Assembly: GCA_011109175.1 (NCBI GenBank)
Contig: RDEW01000007.1
Span: 1,653,236-1,686,235 of the forward strand
DNA length: 33,000 nt
Direction: 5' to 3'
DNA from: Dicyema japonicum
Taxonomy: Eukaryota > Animalia > Dicyemida
How positions within the stretch are numbered: position 1 is the stretch's first letter; every line of letters begins with the position of its first letter. The translations under genes were made by a program, and so were the position numbers. The notes beneath the pieces are model-generated. The model ran no database searches, was not told the origin of the DNA, and worked only from the letters and a program-made list of their open reading frames with translations. This document shows positions 11,567-22,297 of this stretch, in pieces.

Positions 11567-11799
11567 ACTACTGTTAATGATTTTCACCAGGGTCACTTGC
11601 TGTATAAGAAAACTGCCTACACTAAAGTTCCTGTTAATCAGTAACGAAGCTTTGGAAATAAAAACTCCAAACTTTTCCATAATTAAAAAATTCTCTTAAT
11701 CAAGGACCACTCTATGATGTTTGGTCTACAATTCCTTGACGAATATAAAACTTAATTCGGCTCAGTACCTTTGGTTTTCCCTAAATAAAATGAGAATCA

Positions 11800-12190
11800 T
11801 ATTACCCTCAGTGACAAATTTCGTAATTCTTTGAACTATTCTCGAAACTGAACCCCTTCAGTTGCACCTCAAAACGATCCACGACTAATATCTTGACAAC
11901 AACAAACTTCTGGGATCTTTCCCGCTGAATACTGACATAAGTTGAGTTTCTCCACCTCGGAAAATTCTTGTTCCTTGTCATACCTTCGCTGCGACCATAA
12001 TATAAAACTATTTGAACATAATCGGACAATAAATTTTGTCTCTATGTCCTTTCTGCCTCTTAGCCAATCACTTCTCCCACCCTGGTCACCTTCAAGTTCT
12101 GTGTCATATCAGATACACCCGTAGGATCTCTAGTAGAGTTCGCTTTCGGGAGTTACTTTCCACCGATTTTTTTCACTTGAAGAGATCACG
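11800..12190 (+). mobile_element. Degenerate LINE C-terminal cysteine-rich region
   Basis: SLSYLRCDHNIKL followed (frameshifted) by LCPFC...HPGHLQVLC resembles the L..LRCGH...CP.C...H....C tail of I-group LINEs. Confidence 0.55.
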
Positions 12191-12192
12191 AG

Positions 12193-12905
12193 TAAATAAA
12201 TAAATAGTTGGTTAAGTGACCCCGGTCATTGCTGCTGGAAGAGATGGATGATAGCATTCGAGACAGATCACTGGTTATCATAATACCTTTTTTTTGTACT
12301 GGTGTTTGCATAGATAGTGACAAGGATGGTCTGGGCTGTAGACTTAGCAGAGGAACTGCAGAGCTCTCATTTCCAAAATGGTCTCCAATTGGAAGGATCT
12401 TCATTCTCAGTGAAGATGATCAATAGAGGTTGATCTGAAACATCCAGTAATTGTTCTGAGAGCGATGTTTTGGACTTTTTGTAGTTTGTCGATAAAAGTG
12501 AGGGAGGCAGAGGATAATCAACAAGGACTTGAATGGTTAATTGTGATTCGAATGAATTGTTTATGTATGATGGTTAGGTCCTCTTTGCTTTGGAGAAGGA
12601 ATGACCTGACACAGCTTTCAGTATGTTAATTATTCGAGAGGCCATTGTGCATTTTTCCACCAAATTTTTCGAGAAAGTCAGTAATTGGTCGATAATGACC
12701 CTAAATTTTTGGGATGTTTCGTAAGAAGTGTTTTCCATGGAGGAATTCAAGATGCAAGAATTTTATTACTTAGAACCTGACTTGATGGTCGACCAAACGC
12801 TTTGGTTAGGTCAATCGATGCAAGGATAGTCCGTTTGGGTGGATTGTAATTATTGAACCATCAAAGATGTATTGAGTCAGGGTAGAGTGATGCGTTGATA
12901 TGGCA
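12193..12905 (-). mobile_element. Internally deleted APE-type LINE (RT piece plus C-terminus) with (TTTA)n tail
   Basis: Minus frames give PPKRTILASIDLTKAF, ASRIINILKAVSG, IDKLQKVQNIALRTITGCFRSTSIDHLH and a GVT-stop end. The TATTTATTTATTTA tail lies at 12193-12207. Confidence 0.8.
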
Positions 12906-12966
12906 AATAAATCAATTAATTTTCAGGTTTTGGATAAGTACATCAATAAACATCACGAGATTTTAG

Positions 12967-13124
12967 CGACATCTTTAGGTAAAAAAGTCATTTTTTAAAT
13001 CTTATAAGAATTGATTTTAACGAGTCCTATGGGTAAGTGGAACATTTTACCAAGGTCCTCGACATCTTTAGGTAAAAAAAGTCATTTTTTTTAAATCTTA
13101 TAAAATTGATTTTAAGGGGTCCTA
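12967..13124. repeat. About 64-nt direct repeat, two copies (12967-13030 and 13060-13124)
   Basis: Both copies read CGACATCTTTAGGTAAAAAA(A)GTCATTTTTT(TT)AAATCTTATAA.AATTGATTTTAA.G.GTCCTAT. Confidence 0.85.
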
Positions 13125-13283
13125 TTTTGAATGGGAACCAAATAAATAGTAATATTCATAAGCAATTGTTCAATATTAGGAAAATAATTTAAATACCTTA
13201 ATAATAAATTAAGTTATTAAAGCAAAATACAATAAAGAAATTTATAATCAAAACGAGTAAATTTGCTACTTCAAGGATCTATC

Positions 13284-14530
13284 CTATTCTACCAAGGCAT
13301 CATTACAAAGTTTTCGCAGTGCTTCAATGCATCTTAATGTAACATTAAATATCACTTATCAAATAAGTTCATTCCCAAAGGGTAGTTTTATCTTGTCATA
13401 CTCTGGACATGAAGTCAATTTTATAAAAAGTTCCATAAATCCAATCGGATGGGGCTTTGAAATAACCAATCCTTTAATAAAAATTCTACAATAAAAAACA
13501 CCAACAACAATAATATAGTCTCACAGAAATCCTTATTATCACATGTAATAAAATGTGCATTATTAGTGATGAATAGTATTCAGTATGCAAATTTGGGTAT
13601 CGTACGTGATTAAGTAATGCCAGGATAAGAATGCATCTCCCTAATAGTAAATAAATAAAATAACCATTATAGTCAAAATTAACCAACAAATATTATGTAT
13701 ACATGATAAGTAGTATCTCCCAATTTCATAGCTGACATGCAAATGTAGTACATGACAGCATTAATCAACTGCCAGTCATAGGAGGAATATCTGCCTTGTT
13801 TTGTCTATTAGTAACACAGTAAACAAACCAAAATCTCCTTTAAATAAGCGGGAAATGATGATGCATTCTTATTATTTAAATAGTTATCAATTTGTTGTTT
13901 ACAGGTTTATCAGCTATTGGATCATTTATTTGTAAAAAGATGACAGGATGAGTATTTCCACTCAGCAATTGTTGGTTAGTAATGTCACGTGGTATAGGAG
14001 ATATTATGTACTGAATTAAATGGTTCACACTCGTGCCAACCGCTGACACCAAGACCATATAGTAGCAGGACAAAAACTCAGGACTAGTCTTTGCTAGCAT
14101 AAACAGCAGTTTACCAACCATCTACAGATTATTAAAATATTACCCTACAATAGTAAATTAATGGAGAAATACTACAAACATCACTAAATGATGGAAACAT
14201 TTTAGTATACTTAATCCCATTTGCAATGATAATAGAGTGAATCCACCACATGTCATGAAATGTGGACATGTAACGAATATTAATGACAGGATTACTAACA
14301 ATTGATAACCAAGAATAGGCAAAGGAATCAAAGGCCATTGGTTGTATATCATCCAGGACACGACTATAATCACAAACAAAGCAAACGAAAACATGGCCAA
14401 AGTGTGAGTGTTATCAGGTCCCAACATTACATTCATTACATTCTTAAACAACATTATTAGAATTCTCTGATAACAGGATTGTGTGTAGAAATGAAACCCC
14501 ATATTACTCTTTAATGCACAAATAAAGGTA
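13284..14530 (-). pseudogene. CNOT1: 5'-truncated, highly divergent CNOT1 (Not1 C-terminal domain) gene or pseudogene with 7 micro-introns
   Basis: Introns (plus coordinates) 14364-14386, 14122-14143, 13868-13902, 13805-13828, 13641-13664, 13486-13508 and 13333-13355. Spliced motifs YQRILIML, FAYSWLSIVS, PEFLSCYY, YDWQLINAVMYY, GRCILILALLNHVRYPNLHTEYYS and LVISKPHPIGFMELFIKL align in order with Not1 motifs [62 protein letters not shown] and LIVNRPHPWGLLITFIEL. Three single-base frameshifts are inferred. Confidence 0.8.
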
Positions 14531-14805
14531 GATTACATAATTGACGTAATTCCTTTGCTGAAAAAAGAAAACTTGAAATACTCTTCCTATGGAGATCGTT
14601 TCCATTCGCCTTCAAAATTTCTAGAGCGATTGGGAGAATGTATTGAGAAGTCGTCAAGCCAATCTTATCGCAGACCATTTAGTTAAGTTCTTTAATGTTT
14701 ATGCTACATCAATTCCTCCTTTTGGTAGACTTCCTAAGAAAACCTTTGGATAGGTTAATTACTCCATAAGAATCCAAAATGGCGAAAGGGAGCCATGGAT
14801 TATAT
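14531..14805 (-). mobile_element. L1/Tx1-like LINE fragment (post-RT region), repeated at 22298-22565 and partly at 28396-28510 and 17248-17271
   Basis: Minus frame LTYPKVFLGSLPKGGIDV..LKNLTKWSAIRL resembles the L1-type L..P...GG...L...L.KW..RL motif. The other copies are visible as near-identical nucleotide strings. Confidence 0.5.
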
Positions 14806-15900
14806 CAGTGGTTTTTTTCGCCCCTCCAACTTTTTTTATCGCCTCTTATTTCACAAGTCAAAAAGTTATTACCACGTACAGAAATTATTTAAGAAATATT
14901 TTTTTATTTAAAAATCATAGTTTTAATGAGATCCCTGTGATTTATGAGTATTCACAAAATTTTCTAAATTTTCCTTTCTTTCGTAAATTTAATCCTTATA
15001 TATCCTCTTGTACATTTATTTTGTTTCGTTTTTTCCCATGCTCAAAGATATTTAGAAGTTAGACCTTGTGACTATTTCTACTTGTCCTCCGACCTCATTG
15101 ATGAAGAATATGTAATTAATGTTCGTAAAATCAACAATTCTCAGTGAAACTCCAAAAAATGAAAGTAAAATGGAAAATATATAATAAATTTGACATTCAC
15201 ATAATTTCTTCATGATTAAAGACTACGTAATGAATTGATTAGTCAAGAATTTATTTAATAAAACTTTGATCAATCTAGCACGTTCAATAATGAAGAAATA
15301 ATAATGCGACAAAAAATATACCACAAGAGACAATTTCTTTTTTTATCTGTTCTTTCTCTTTTCTCGTTCCACAAGACTTGCGTCATGTTATTCGATTATA
15401 TTTTCGTCAGTGTTTGTTAACAGTATTTGTAGAATTAAGTATATCCTCGAAGCCATCTCCGATATGATGACTTCATATATCTATATTGAGGATACTCCAT
15501 CCCGCATCAAAATATCCATGACGGGGAATCAACGAAAGCTATCCAAAGTCTCGGATTCAAAAGTTTCTGTCTAGTTCTTCACCGAACATTGATACTAGCA
15601 ATTTAAAAAATCAACGTTGGAATCGTATATTTTACAAATCGTAAAACCTGTTTTTGCAATTATCTCTGCAACTTTGTATGAATAAAATAGTCCAGAAACT
15701 TTTTGAAATATACTTTTATTAATAGTTAAAGTATTTTATTTTATAATTATTTTTTAATTCAAAAAAAATTCTGTTTTTTTCCAATAGAGTTGGGATGTTT
15801 ACTCTTTGATGTTCGATTAAGCGCGATGGCTTCATTGCCTCATTGGAAAACACTGTACATTGCAAACAAGCGGTTTATGAAGATCCTGAGGATTTTTAAA
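14806..15900 (-). mobile_element. Degenerate, internally deleted Charlie/Buster-type hAT transposon
   Basis: Terminus CAGTGGTT at 14806 (CCGTGGTTCTCAACC in the 22566 copy, a Charlie-type TIR). Minus-strand remnants include the BED finger CLQC..FSNEAMKPSRLIEH (about 15790-15880), SYKVAEIIAKTG...MFGEE (about 15570-15690) and the C-terminal KSQGSH-stop (14923-14943). Confidence 0.75.
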
Positions 15901-16019
15901 AAAATCCAAAAGAAATAATATTCCTCTTTTAGGTTTTAACTTTTTTTTGAACAATACTCATCACGAAGTATTAGAAATCACGCTAATAATTTAAATGAAA
16001 TATTATTATTAAACCAGGA

Positions 16020-16320
16020 CTGGCTTTGTAAGACAATCCATCCCGAATGAAGTTGGTCAAAGTTTGTAGTTGGGTGGACGTAAATCTTTCATTTTTAAAA
16101 CCATGCTAGGAATTCTTTATTTTTGTGAGCACAAGTTTTTCCATGACTTTTGATATTGAGCAGAGTAGGAGCACATGTCTAAATGACGCTGGGTCCTACT
16201 TCGGTTTCCTGGTTTGAGAATTTGGCGAATGTACGCCTGCTTCCAAATTGATGTATTACGTTTTTATTAACCGAAAAGTTGAAGATGGCCATAAGGAAGG
16301 TGATTCCTCCATCTCCCAAT
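16020..16320 (-). mobile_element. LINE RT N-terminal fragment
   Basis: Minus frames give GITFLMAIFNFSV, SIWKQAYIRQILKPG, DPASFRH and SISKVMEKLVL. Confidence 0.75.
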
Positions 16321-16572
16321 TTTCATTAACATAGAGATAAATCACAATGTGTGTAATTTCCATGTTTATGAAAAAATTCTATGATTTCCTTTTAAAAAAT
16401 GATATAAGTTTTCGATTTTGTACCATGATAACTATTGTAAAACGTGTAATTTATTCATTTTAAATAAGTGATATTATACATTTTAAAAGTGGTATTCATT
16501 TTATAACATATCAATGAAAAAAACACCCCACTTTATTTAACAAACAATAAAAAAGTTAATATATTTAATCAA

Positions 16573-17171
16573 CAACCTTCCTCGCCTGCCTGTTCGCCAG
16601 CCTCCTCAGGCAGGTTCGATTCTGGTTGCTGAAACAACTCCGAGAGCGCCTTGTCTAATTGAACCCTCTGCCCATATGGCATCTCAGGGCTCTGCCTCCT
16701 ATACTTCAGTGTCAGGCTCTCTAGGGTCCGCTTTAACACAGTGGACTGTAGATAGGCCTGGAGCTTCCTATCTACCCAACTGCTTCAGATAACCCTTGTG
16801 GTACTTTGTTGCAATTCCTTCACACGTCATTACTATTGGAATAACGAGGACCCCATCTCGTTTGCAAGCAAGTCATACTTCTTTATTTTCTCCACCTCCA
16901 CAGTTTGCAAACGGTCTTGAGACGTAATGCCAACCTCTATGATAAGGACTTGGCCAGACTCCTTATCGTGTACCACAATGTCCGGTTTATTGTGCTTGAC
17001 TAGCACCGAGGTACGGATAACACTGTCTACCTTAATTTGGACCCTGGTGTTCTCTACTACAGATTGCACCTTATGAGTCCGCAACTTTCTGGTGTGGCGA
17101 ATACCATACTTATTGCATAGTAGAAGATGAAGACTCCTTACTACCTCGTTATGCCAACATATCAATGACAA
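16573..17171 (-). mobile_element. R4/Dong-like non-LTR retrotransposon 3' end (REL endonuclease)
   Basis: HNEVVRSLHLLLCNKYG, HNKPDIVVHDK, LIIEVGITSQDRLQTVEVEKIKKYDLLANE (PD..E..K REL motif), then after frameshifts VIPIVMTCEGIATKYHK and AYLQSTVLKRTLESL. Confidence 0.88.
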
Positions 17172-17236
17172 TTCTAATTTTTGTTATTGTGAATTGCATT
17201 AATATGGCATGTTCACTATAGAGAGGTTTGACTGTA
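17172..17236. mobile_element. Solo pogo-family terminus plus TA target
   Basis: GAGAGGTTTGACTG|TA at 17221-17236 is the reverse complement of a near copy of the CAGTCAAACCCCTC terminus at 26562. Confidence 0.55.
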
Positions 17237-17354
17237 TTTAAAAATATCGAAAAGGGAGCCATGGATTATATGACCGTGAGCATGCCTGTCTTAGATTTTT
17301 TATTTATTTTATTTATTTAACTTCAAGATCACCAAAAAAAGATAGTTCAAAACT

Positions 17355-18090
17355 AACTAATTAGGTGATCCCAGCCTCCAACAACATCCGAACTCTCTTC
17401 GTCTGGTCTTTTGATGACCTAACCGCACTCCGGAAACGCTTTCTCTTCCTTCTGCATAGGAATTCAATCGGCGTGCACTTGTTTATAACCTACCCGAAAT
17501 TCCTCTGCATGGGCCACCTTTTCCTTGAATGGGTTATCCAGTTCCTCGCAAAAACGTAGGAAACCCTAACCATTCTTCAACGTCGCCTCATCATAAACGA
17601 GGCCGTTAATGGAGATGTCAGTGTGATGCATAATTTTCCGCCTGAGAGTTCAAACGATCAATTCTCGAAGAGAGAATAACAAATCTCCAGGCGGAGAAGG
17701 CATATTCAATAGTAGGAACAATGACTTGTTGGTAGACCTTGTTGACGCAAGCAGCAGGGGGAAGGGGCTCTTATTTATGATCGTTTTTAAAATGTTCTAT
17801 TTTTGAAGACCCTTGGTAAGCACCTCTTCTGCGTGACTCGAGAACGTCATCAGAGTCGAAAACTACCCAAGGATCTTCTGGGTCCGCGTAGAAGGGATAG
17901 AAGTATCTCCAAAAACAGTTAGAGTCAATTTTTAAATCTTCTATCAGTAATTGATGACTGAGATTTAGATGCTGACACACATAACATATTTGCAGATAGC
18001 CAGTCACATACCCGGTTTAGGTGTGACTGAACAATTGCTACAGCACGGAAGGAGATTTATCTCTTGCAGCGATAATTAGGTCGTCCGCAT
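17355..18090 (-). mobile_element. Degenerate APE-type LINE RT C-terminal half through ORF end
   Basis: YADDLIIAA, VQSHLNRVCDWLSANMLCVSASKS, QKILG, KVYQQVIVPTIEYAFSAW and the terminal MLLEAGIT-stop followed by TTAGTTAGTTTT. Confidence 0.8.
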
Positions 18091-19029
18091 AACAACAAAT
18101 TCTTAGAGCATAACAGTGACTAACTAAGTGCTGAGGTGCATACATCTGCATCTATGTTAGAGGTTTTTCAGAAAATATTTCTCATCACCTCCAATTGCAA
18201 GTTTTGCTTGTCTTATTTTTGGTTGTCGGGATTCCAGTCAACTTGGTTGATTTATTTGTCGAAACTTTGCATTCTTGTGCTAATAATTTTTGTTTGGTGG
18301 TATCTTAGTTGTCTTCTAAGGATGATCTTCTTGAAGTTTGGATGATTTCATAAAATTTAGGTTGCCGGTTCTAATCAGCCGTATTTTTATGCGGAGATTG
18401 GCACCGTAGGAAGGTACTTTATTTCATCGAACAATGTTAATAGCTGTCCTAGTAAATTTGGAAGGTACTCTTTTATGGTTTTTTGTAGGCTTAGATGTGG
18501 TAATCGGATAAATTGGAGAGTCTGCATTCTTGAGGAGGCTGATGAAAAGGGTTTGTTGAAAAATTTAGAAAAGCGCTCAGACATTTTAATCTTATTAAAT
18601 AAATTAATATTTCTTATATCGTTTATAAGTAATGAATGACACGTGTTCAAAAATATTTAATATTCATTTGTTTTTCCATAAGGAAAACGGTACTTTTTAA
18701 AATTCTTTTGATTCTCTGAATTCAAAGTATGTCTGATGCGCATTTTGTTTCAAACCCTCACGTATTCGATATTTTATGAGTCCTTCAATGTTAACGATAC
18801 AGCATGCTTAAAAATAATACCAGTGAATGCTACGGCTTGTGTAGTAACAGTAATTGGCAGACAAAATTAGATAAATTTTTACCATAAAATATATCGAGAT
18901 TAAACTAAAGTGAATTAAAACTGCTTTCTAACAAACTTTCCATCTTTGAAATTGCAGCAAAGTGGGTGATGTTGTTTGCCGAAATCTTTCGAATGGTTTC
19001 TATAGTCTTCGAACCAACACTGCAGTGCT

Positions 19030-19330
19030 TTTATTATTATTTATTATTAGCAATGTCCGCGGAACCAGAAAAGTTAATTAATTTGAGATTCCACTTTTGG
19101 CCATGCATCTCTGGACACGCGCTGTGAGTCGTTTCCACCCTCCCTTGTTTCTCGCAACTGCCCTCAGATCATCCATATCCTCTCCTGTTTTCAGTTTTCT
19201 TCCTATGCAAGTGGGTTCTTTGTCGACCTCGATACGTTGTTTTGTTTAATACAGAAAAGTATGATTCCATGGCCTGATTGGCCGGTGCCATTTCTGAAGC
19301 TCTTAGGATATGTGCAAAGAGCTGCGATTT
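19030..19330 (-). mobile_element. 5'-truncated RTE 3' fragment with (TAA)n-like tail
   Basis: LFAHILRA..APANQAMESYF, YRGRQRT and EDMDDLRAVARNKGGWKRLT parallel the C-terminus of the 8060-11037 element. The tail TAATAATAAATAATAATAA lies at about 19031-19049. Confidence 0.8.
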
Positions 19331-19914
19331 TACAGAAGTGACTCTTTATTGAAGAGTCACTTGGAGCAAATCACCCATCTATCCCCTTCTCTGTTGAAAT
19401 CCACCGTCACTGAATTCTAAATCAAAATGAGTCATCAATAAATGTAACACCATAAAAATCTAAAATTAGTTGTTTTTATTCAGAATCTTTTTTTTAATCA
19501 TAACAAATTGATAAACTCAAACAGTTAAGAACTACTGATCACTTAAACAGTTGAGAACTAAGCTAATAAAAATACGTTATTCAAAAATGCAAATAAAATT
19601 TTCGAAAAAGTTCAGATTCACATTCTTTAGGGAGTAATTAACAAGTCTACCAATTTTTAGTAAATTTGCTTGGTCGGGGCCAACACACCATTGGAGCATG
19701 GCATAATGTTAGCATTAATTGGTCAAACTGGATTAATAATAAATAAAAGACTATCTGTTTTGGAAGTGTACAATTTTTGGAGTTTTAATGTAACAAAGCC
19801 GATAAGTCGAGACATGTGTTCAGCAGCTATCACAATCTGATTTTTACAAGATTACAAGAAAACCAGAAATATCTCTTATTACCGAATGTTAATATTTGAT
19901 AAGTAAATTTTATT

Positions 19915-20426
19915 CTAAAATTGCCTCGAAGCAGACACACAAAGAGTATTATCCATAGAGTGATCCTCTAGAATCAATTTTATTTGTGGTATTGTGTCAT
20001 ACATCTAAAAAATTAGTAAGTAGGTACAATTCTATAGTCATGTTCGTTAAAATAGTCAAACATAAGCACAACGATATCATAGGCTTTGACAGGGAGCTTG
20101 TTGATCATAAAGTCTTTAGGATTATCAGTTTTATAGATATTTTCAGAAATCCCAAACAGAGTACCTACAATTGAAATTGTGAAATTTCCCACATTTTTGT
20201 CTATAAACGCTTATAATTTCATATTACTGAATTTTACACCGATAAAGGCCCTAATTTGGGAATTTTTCTTTACTACCAATCTTCCGTTTGTCAACGGATA
20301 AACGTAAATGTCCACAATTTCAGCGTTGGTGGCTAAAATATATTTGCACCAATTACAGTCACATCTGTGATATCTTAGATTTTCGCTACAAACAATAGAA
20401 CATATTAATAAAAATAAATTTAGCAT
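19915..20426 (-). CDS. Secreted ML-domain (NPC2/MD-2-related lipid-binding)-like protein, 152 aa, 3 exons
   Basis: ATG at 20426 and a hydrophobic signal peptide MLNLFLLICSIVCS. Introns 20210-20239 (30 nt) and 20005-20027 (23 nt) give an uninterrupted 459-nt frame ending TAG at 19915-19917. Segments EIVDIYVYP, LVVKKNS, ISIVGTLFGIS and IKLILEDHSMDNTLC have NPC2-like order and length; the family call is by eye. Confidence 0.62.
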
Positions 20427-20552
20427 TAATTAATTCAGCCTTTATTTGACATCTTTTTTTAGATTCGCCACTGTAAATATATTTATAAATAATTATTGAA
20501 GTATATTTTTAAAAATAAAATTTAATATTTTTTACGAGAAAAATTTTTATTA

Positions 20553-20611
20553 TTATTAGAGAATCCAAAAAAGGATTTTTGTTATTAGAGAATCCAAAAA
20601 AAAGATTTTTG
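20553..20611. repeat. About 29-30-nt tandem duplication
   Basis: TTATTAGAGAATCCAAAAAAGGATTTTTG is followed by TTATTAGAGAATCCAAAAAAAAGATTTTTG. Confidence 0.85.
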
Positions 20612-20629
20612 TTTTTGGATGCTTCAACA

Positions 20630-20790
20630 AACGTGGCCAAGAAGGACTTCTTCGAGTAAGACGCTCCCAGATTTCGTGGACGACCGAGGACCTTCAAAAA
20701 TTGATACGTATCCGAGAGGGAGAAGACCTGAATGAACTACGGGAGCTTGGTTATGACAGGGGCAAGTAAAGGAAGATGAGTTTGTTGCTA
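20630..20790 (+). mobile_element. RTE C-terminal fragment
   Basis: RFRGRPRT then GEDLNELRELGYDRGK*RKM, parallel to ADDLDSMRALARNRGAWKRM of the full-length RTE. Confidence 0.65.
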
Positions 20791-21609
20791 GTTCCTTGAG
20801 TTGCACGTGCCATGACACGATTATTGCAACTGAAATTTAACGACAGAAGTAATGACGCTGCGTTGACCTTAAAAACCATACTTCTCTGTCTAATCCGTAG
20901 TAAAACAACAAGAGGAAAGTCGGTATTCAATGCTCCTGTTGCCCAAATTTTTGACACCAAGGTTGTTACAAGCAAATACTAAGGATTGAACAATTCTTGC
21001 CAAATTAATCAAGCCTTCATGCCTTGGGAATTGTAAGCTGCAAAAGGAGTCTTGGAGTTATCTAACACGGATAACTGTCTACGCCATATGAAACAACTCA
21101 TGTGCGAGATGTTCATCCTACTTTGGATATCAAGATTGGCGTGTCTAACATTACCTTCTGTCTTTCAAAGCTAATCATTAAGGCAAAAGAAGATACGATA
21201 CCTGGATCCGCCTTCTCCGTTTTGGCTTCTTGTCTTCGGATCACACTCCACCGAACAGAAAAAAGGGAAAAATCAGTTATCAAGATAAATGCTTCTAAAT
21301 ACGACACTGATAACTGAACAAATCCACTGTAAGTTTTCGATCCCCGATTATTTATTCTCATATCGTGTCTTACTGACCAAATTCTTCTGGCAGAGATTTC
21401 CGATTATGTCTGGTGTCGATTCTGCTCCTCAGGAATCAGAGCTCCAATGAATTTATGGTATATCGATTATGATGGGACCATTGGAGGGAATTAGGAAACT
21501 GTGGTAGTAAAAAAAGCATTCGTCGAGCTCAGGAATGGAGTCAAAACTTTAGAAGAAAAAATCTTCTCTGCTGTTAATCGGTTGTAAGAGCTTTCAACGT
21601 GGCTTCGGG

Positions 21610-21825
21610 AAAAACAAATCTGTTCGTGTTTGATAAAAAGAAGTCTTATATTCCTTGTTGAAGTGGGAGTAACATTGTCAGAGAGTTTACAAAAAGTTGA
21701 ATTTGAGAAATTGAGAAAATGACATTTTATATAAAGAATCTAAGTTAATTCACTGTGCAAGGAAGGTTGTCCTAATAGTCCTCACTTGGGATCGTCATGT
21801 GACATCTTACTTCTCTTAATAACCA
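21610..21825 (+). mobile_element. Degenerate R4/Dong-like REL fragment
   Basis: LFVFDKKKS, VEVGVTLSESLQKVEFEKLRK and VLTWDRHVTSY parallel the motifs at 16573-17171. Confidence 0.6.
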
Positions 21826-22158
21826 GTCTTATTTAATATAAAGGAGAGGGCATAGGCTTACGCTCAATCATTATCACCAAAGAAGACCTGGAAAATATAA
21901 TTGTCTTGTATAGACAACGAATCAGCCCTTGGGGACACAATTTTAGAATTAACAAAAATGACTAAAGACATTACCACTCCGAATTCGATGAACCTCTTCC
22001 CGTTCCTTTTGTCCAAACCATACTTAACAATGACACAAATAAGTAACACTCGAAACGACAAACTGTCACTCTGAAATTTGGAGGAGGATTTCGAGTCAAT
22101 GAGTCTTAATCAGTGAGAAGTTGGTCTTATATATAAGAATTTTATTGTAAGTATAATA

Positions 22159-22230
22159 GCCCGAGTAGCTCAGCGGAAGAGCGTTAGACTGAAGATCTAA
22201 AGGTCGTTGGTTCAACTCCTACCTCGGGCA
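22159..22230 (+). tRNA. tRNA-Phe (anticodon GAA), intronless, 72 nt
   Basis: Acceptor stem GCCCGAG/CTCGGGC plus discriminator A; D arm GCTC/GAGC; anticodon arm TTAGA-CTGAAGA-TCTAA; T arm GTTGG-TTCAACT-CCTAC (one T.T mismatch). Confidence 0.92.
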
Positions 22231-22237
22231 TTTTTTT
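22231..22237 (+). terminator. RNA polymerase III oligo-T terminator
   Basis: T7 run directly after the tRNA discriminator base. Confidence 0.75.
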
Positions 22238-22297
22238 ATTTGCGCAAAGATATTTTTGTTTTTTTTTTGAATTTTTTGAAAGTTACATCCTTTTTTT

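Noticed and set aside
13486-14502. Hydrophobic minus-strand ORFs as a GPCR or membrane protein
   Set aside because: The hydrophobic stretches are largely read-through of T-rich introns; spliced exons align in order with the Not1 domain.
19524-19537. GTTAAGAACTACTG as the far TIR of the hAT beginning at 14806
   Set aside because: It is TIR-like but the 8-bp flanks differ (GATTATAT vs ATCACTTA); at most an unrelated solo end.
20800-21600. ORFs 20751-20975, 21102-21317 and 21113-21361 as genes or upstream CNOT1 exons
   Set aside because: There are no CNOT1 motifs or consistent splice pattern; they are probably eroded retroelement sequence but too degraded to call.
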